Of a stretch of DNA of 38,227 bases, positions 35,411-38,227 are shown piece after piece. This DNA comes from Hyphochytrium catenoides. Taxonomy: Eukaryota; Protista; Hyphochytriomycota. The stretch's first letter is position 1; each line of letters opens with the position of its first letter. The translations under genes were made by a program, and so were the position numbers. The notes below the pieces were generated by a model. That model saw nothing but the letters and a program-made list of their open reading frames with translations, made no database searches and was not told where the DNA came from. The stretch spans positions 1 through 38,227 of the forward strand of contig FLMG01001784.1 in assembly GCA_900088475.1 (NCBI GenBank). The letters run 5' to 3'.

Positions 35411-37859
35411 CGCGGCCACCAGGAAGTGCAGCCGCTCAGGGCTCCTCCAGCAGCTGTAACCACCCTAAGAAGCACATTGTTTCAAGTGTTGAAACCTTCC
35501 GATCCTGTTTCTTTCAACCTGTGAGCTTATGATGCATAATAAGCGCCGGTGACGAAAGTTTAGTGAAGATGAATACTTCAGTCAGGGTTTTCTAGGGGGG
35601 TTGCTGGGTAGGCCCTNNNNNNNNNNGGGTAACTCCACAGATCGTCCCTGCTATTATCTTTGATGTTTGGATAAGAGGGATTGAGACTCAACATTAGTTT
35701 CAGAGATCCCCCGGTAGTGGTTCAGGATGTAACGACGTTCCTTTTGTCCGAATTTACACAGTATGAATTCTGTAATAGGATAGATTCCCCTATTGATTTT
35801 TCTGAATAACTCTAATAGAGGTGTGGGCCAAAAGGTGGTACTGTAAGAAAACGGAAGAAGCTGGATTCCCCTAAGATTTACTTCTTGTCAGCAGGTTGCC
35901 GTGTTGCTATTGTACGATGAAGAAGCTCGGTGGCGCGCGGTCGGTGGCGCAAGACCTAAAGAACAAGCCCTGGAGAAGCCCTGGTGGAGAGAACAAGTAC
36001 TGCTAGCTAACTCGTCTGTGCGTGGGACCGAAGAAAGGCCGAACTTGTCCTATTATCCCGGAGCTTATTATGTACTTCTATGTAGCTTCTTTATCCTCCT
36101 CCTCGTCCAAACAACGGCTGCCGGGCGGCGCTGTCGGCGCTTCCAGACTCTTTCAAAGAGGCATCCTCGACGCTTGCTTCTACATCGATGATGCCGCCGT
36201 CGCCATCATCATCAACAACTAGTGGGCATAAGACCTTTGAAGGAGAATGTATGGAGACCCCATGCATGGGACGGCAAGTTCAAGACGGGAGAAGGAGGGC
36301 ACCAAATCAAGACATAATATTGAGCCCGAACAGACCTTCTCATACTACTGCCGAAGTGTAAGTACTGATACTCCTACGCAATCACTCATTGTTGTGAACT
36401 GTGTCCTTAGACAACAAGTATTACATAGCAGAGGAAGAACTAACTAGCACCATTAGGGGGACGAGCGGGGGAACCGGCGTTGTGGCGTGATGGGGTTGTT
36501 AGGTAATGGCCAACAAACAAATCAGCTGCACGCCACCAGTACAAGCACGCCCATTGATGGTATCAATAAAGAGAAGGGAGATGTCACCTACCTACTAAGA
36601 AGCACTACCACCACCACCACCCTTCTTCTTGCTTCGCTTTTCTCAGGAACGACCACCACGACATAGGACAAAGTCAGCTGGTGGTGGAGAGCCCACGAGA
36701 AGACTTATTTACTATGTGCTTTATCATCCACCATGATGAATGTATTGAATTAGCTCACATCTCATCTGTCAGAAGTATTATCTTGATGAAGCTGTCATTT
36801 TTATAATCACCACAGTCCTCCTCTTGTCAGACCACAATCCAGACGCTATGCTCTGTCACAAAAGAAGAAGAAGCACCGACGATGGAGGTGCCAGTTCATG
36901 AGCCGGACGTTGCCGATGTTGGCGCCGCTGTTTGTGTCAGATTATCCAGAGTCGCCGCCCCCGCAGGGGCCATTATTATTAGACCCACCAAGGAGAATGC
37001 CATATGGCTGGTGGTGGTTGTTGTTATTATCATCATTACCTCGGCGCTTTTGGCGGCCACCATCGTCGTTGTTTGCTCCTTATGATTTTAGTGATGGCGC
37101 GACCTGAAGCAGAAAGGTCGGCGGAGCCTAAATAAGAAAGCCACCAGGTAAGAATAAGGAGAAGAGGATTCACGGTGCTAAGAACCCTCAGCTTCCGTAC
37201 ACCACGAGCGGCGAGCCACTAAACATACATTTGCCTGAGGACAATAGAAGAGAAGAGACAGAAGAATAATACTCGAAGCACAAAGGAAGAAGATAGAGAG
37301 ACAAATGATGGCAACGACGACGGACAATTCAAAGAGTAAGCAAAAGTGGTTGTTGAGAGAAGATCCAAGGCGGGGAAGCGACTCCGCCTTCCTTCAACCT
37401 CATCATCGACCACGACGAGGAGGAGTTGATTAGTCCTACAGAGATTGCCATCATGTGCATGAGGAGGGAGAGACAACGTTAGAAGAGAGAGAGGAGAAAA
37501 AGGGAAAGAGAGGAATGAGAGAAAGACAGAAAGAGAGAGGAAAGACAGAGAGCCTTGACTTCGACCAGATACCTTCCTTGTTATTTCCAGCAATCTTTAG
37601 GTTAAATTCGTATGGCTTCATACAGAATCCCTTTCTATGGACTTAACTTAGGACGCTTTGTCATATTGCTTTAGGGGTAGGTTTTGAGTTTCCTGTGCCC
37701 TTTCGTTTGCTGATGAGAGACATCTGAATCGAAACATTGACAAAAGGGAAACATAATGTTTCTTTCAAAAATAAGCCTAAGGTTGCTCGATAGAAGGCTC
37801 AGTCTATTGAAGCTTTCAATAACCTTCATTTGTTCTTTTTGGCGCTGGGAAACTTAGGG

Positions 37860-37994
37860 GAGAGAGAAAGAGAGAGGAAGATGGAGAGACAGAGAGAAAG
37901 AGAGAGGAGAGGAAGATGGAGGAGAGACGGAGAAAAGAGAGAGAAAGAGACAGAGAGCGAGAGGAGAGAGAGAGAGAGAGAGAGAAGGAGAGNN

Positions 37995-38033
<39 letters not shown>

Positions 38034-38160
38034 GGAGGGAGGAAGGGAGAGAGAAAAGAGAGAGACACGAGGAGAGAGCGGGCGAGAAGAGTGATGAGAG
38101 GAGTAAGAAGAGAGACCAAGACAGGGAGAGGAGAAAGAGCGAGAAGCGAAGAGTTGAGGA
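37860..38160. repeat. (GA)n-rich microsatellite tract
   Basis: Purine-dominated GA runs with an NN gap; may be an intron or UTR of a gene beyond the window. Confidence 0.9.
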
Positions 38161-38227
38161 TCTCCTCTTTATATAAACCTCAAATGTCGCCACTACGCAT
38201 CCCAATAGTCACAGAGACTGAGAATCT

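Noticed and set aside
35583-35632. Telomere-like G-rich sequence next to an N gap
   Set aside because: No regular repeat unit; probably low-quality contig-end sequence.
37700-37770. Hammerhead-like CTGATGA-GA..TC-GAAAC..AATGTT
   Set aside because: Core motifs and a possible stem III are present, but stem II is only 2 bp and stem I cannot form.
146-38205. Numerous ORFs rich in SLSLSL or ERERER
   Set aside because: They are translations of (CT)n/(GA)n tracts, which contain no stop codons; most lie in introns of the assembled genes.

Overview
Gene-dense eukaryotic genomic DNA from a flagellated organism (it carries DNAAF3), probably a protist; I cannot identify the species. It has many GT-AG introns filled with (CT)n/(GA)n microsatellites and several N gaps. 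Most ORFs in the six-frame track are translations of these microsatellites. Joining exons by hand gives seven genes: DNAAF3 (+, 559-6217), a TPR-repeat protein (+, ~6980-11391), a full-length ABCB/MDR transporter (+, 14349-20245), a glucosidase II beta-like MRH protein lacking HDEL (+, 21224-25719), UBL5/Hub1 (-, 26437-26658), a D-threonine-aldolase-type PLP enzyme with an N-terminal hydrophobic extension (+, 27732-31591), and a 7TM-RGS fusion protein (-, 32910-34577). The most notable observations are the 7TM-RGS protein with an altered RGS contact residue, the polarity of intronic microsatellites (GA-rich 5' part before CT-rich 3' part, not the reverse), very degenerate 5' splice sites, and blocks with few microsatellites. 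No rRNA, tRNA, CRISPR array or recognisable transposon was found.
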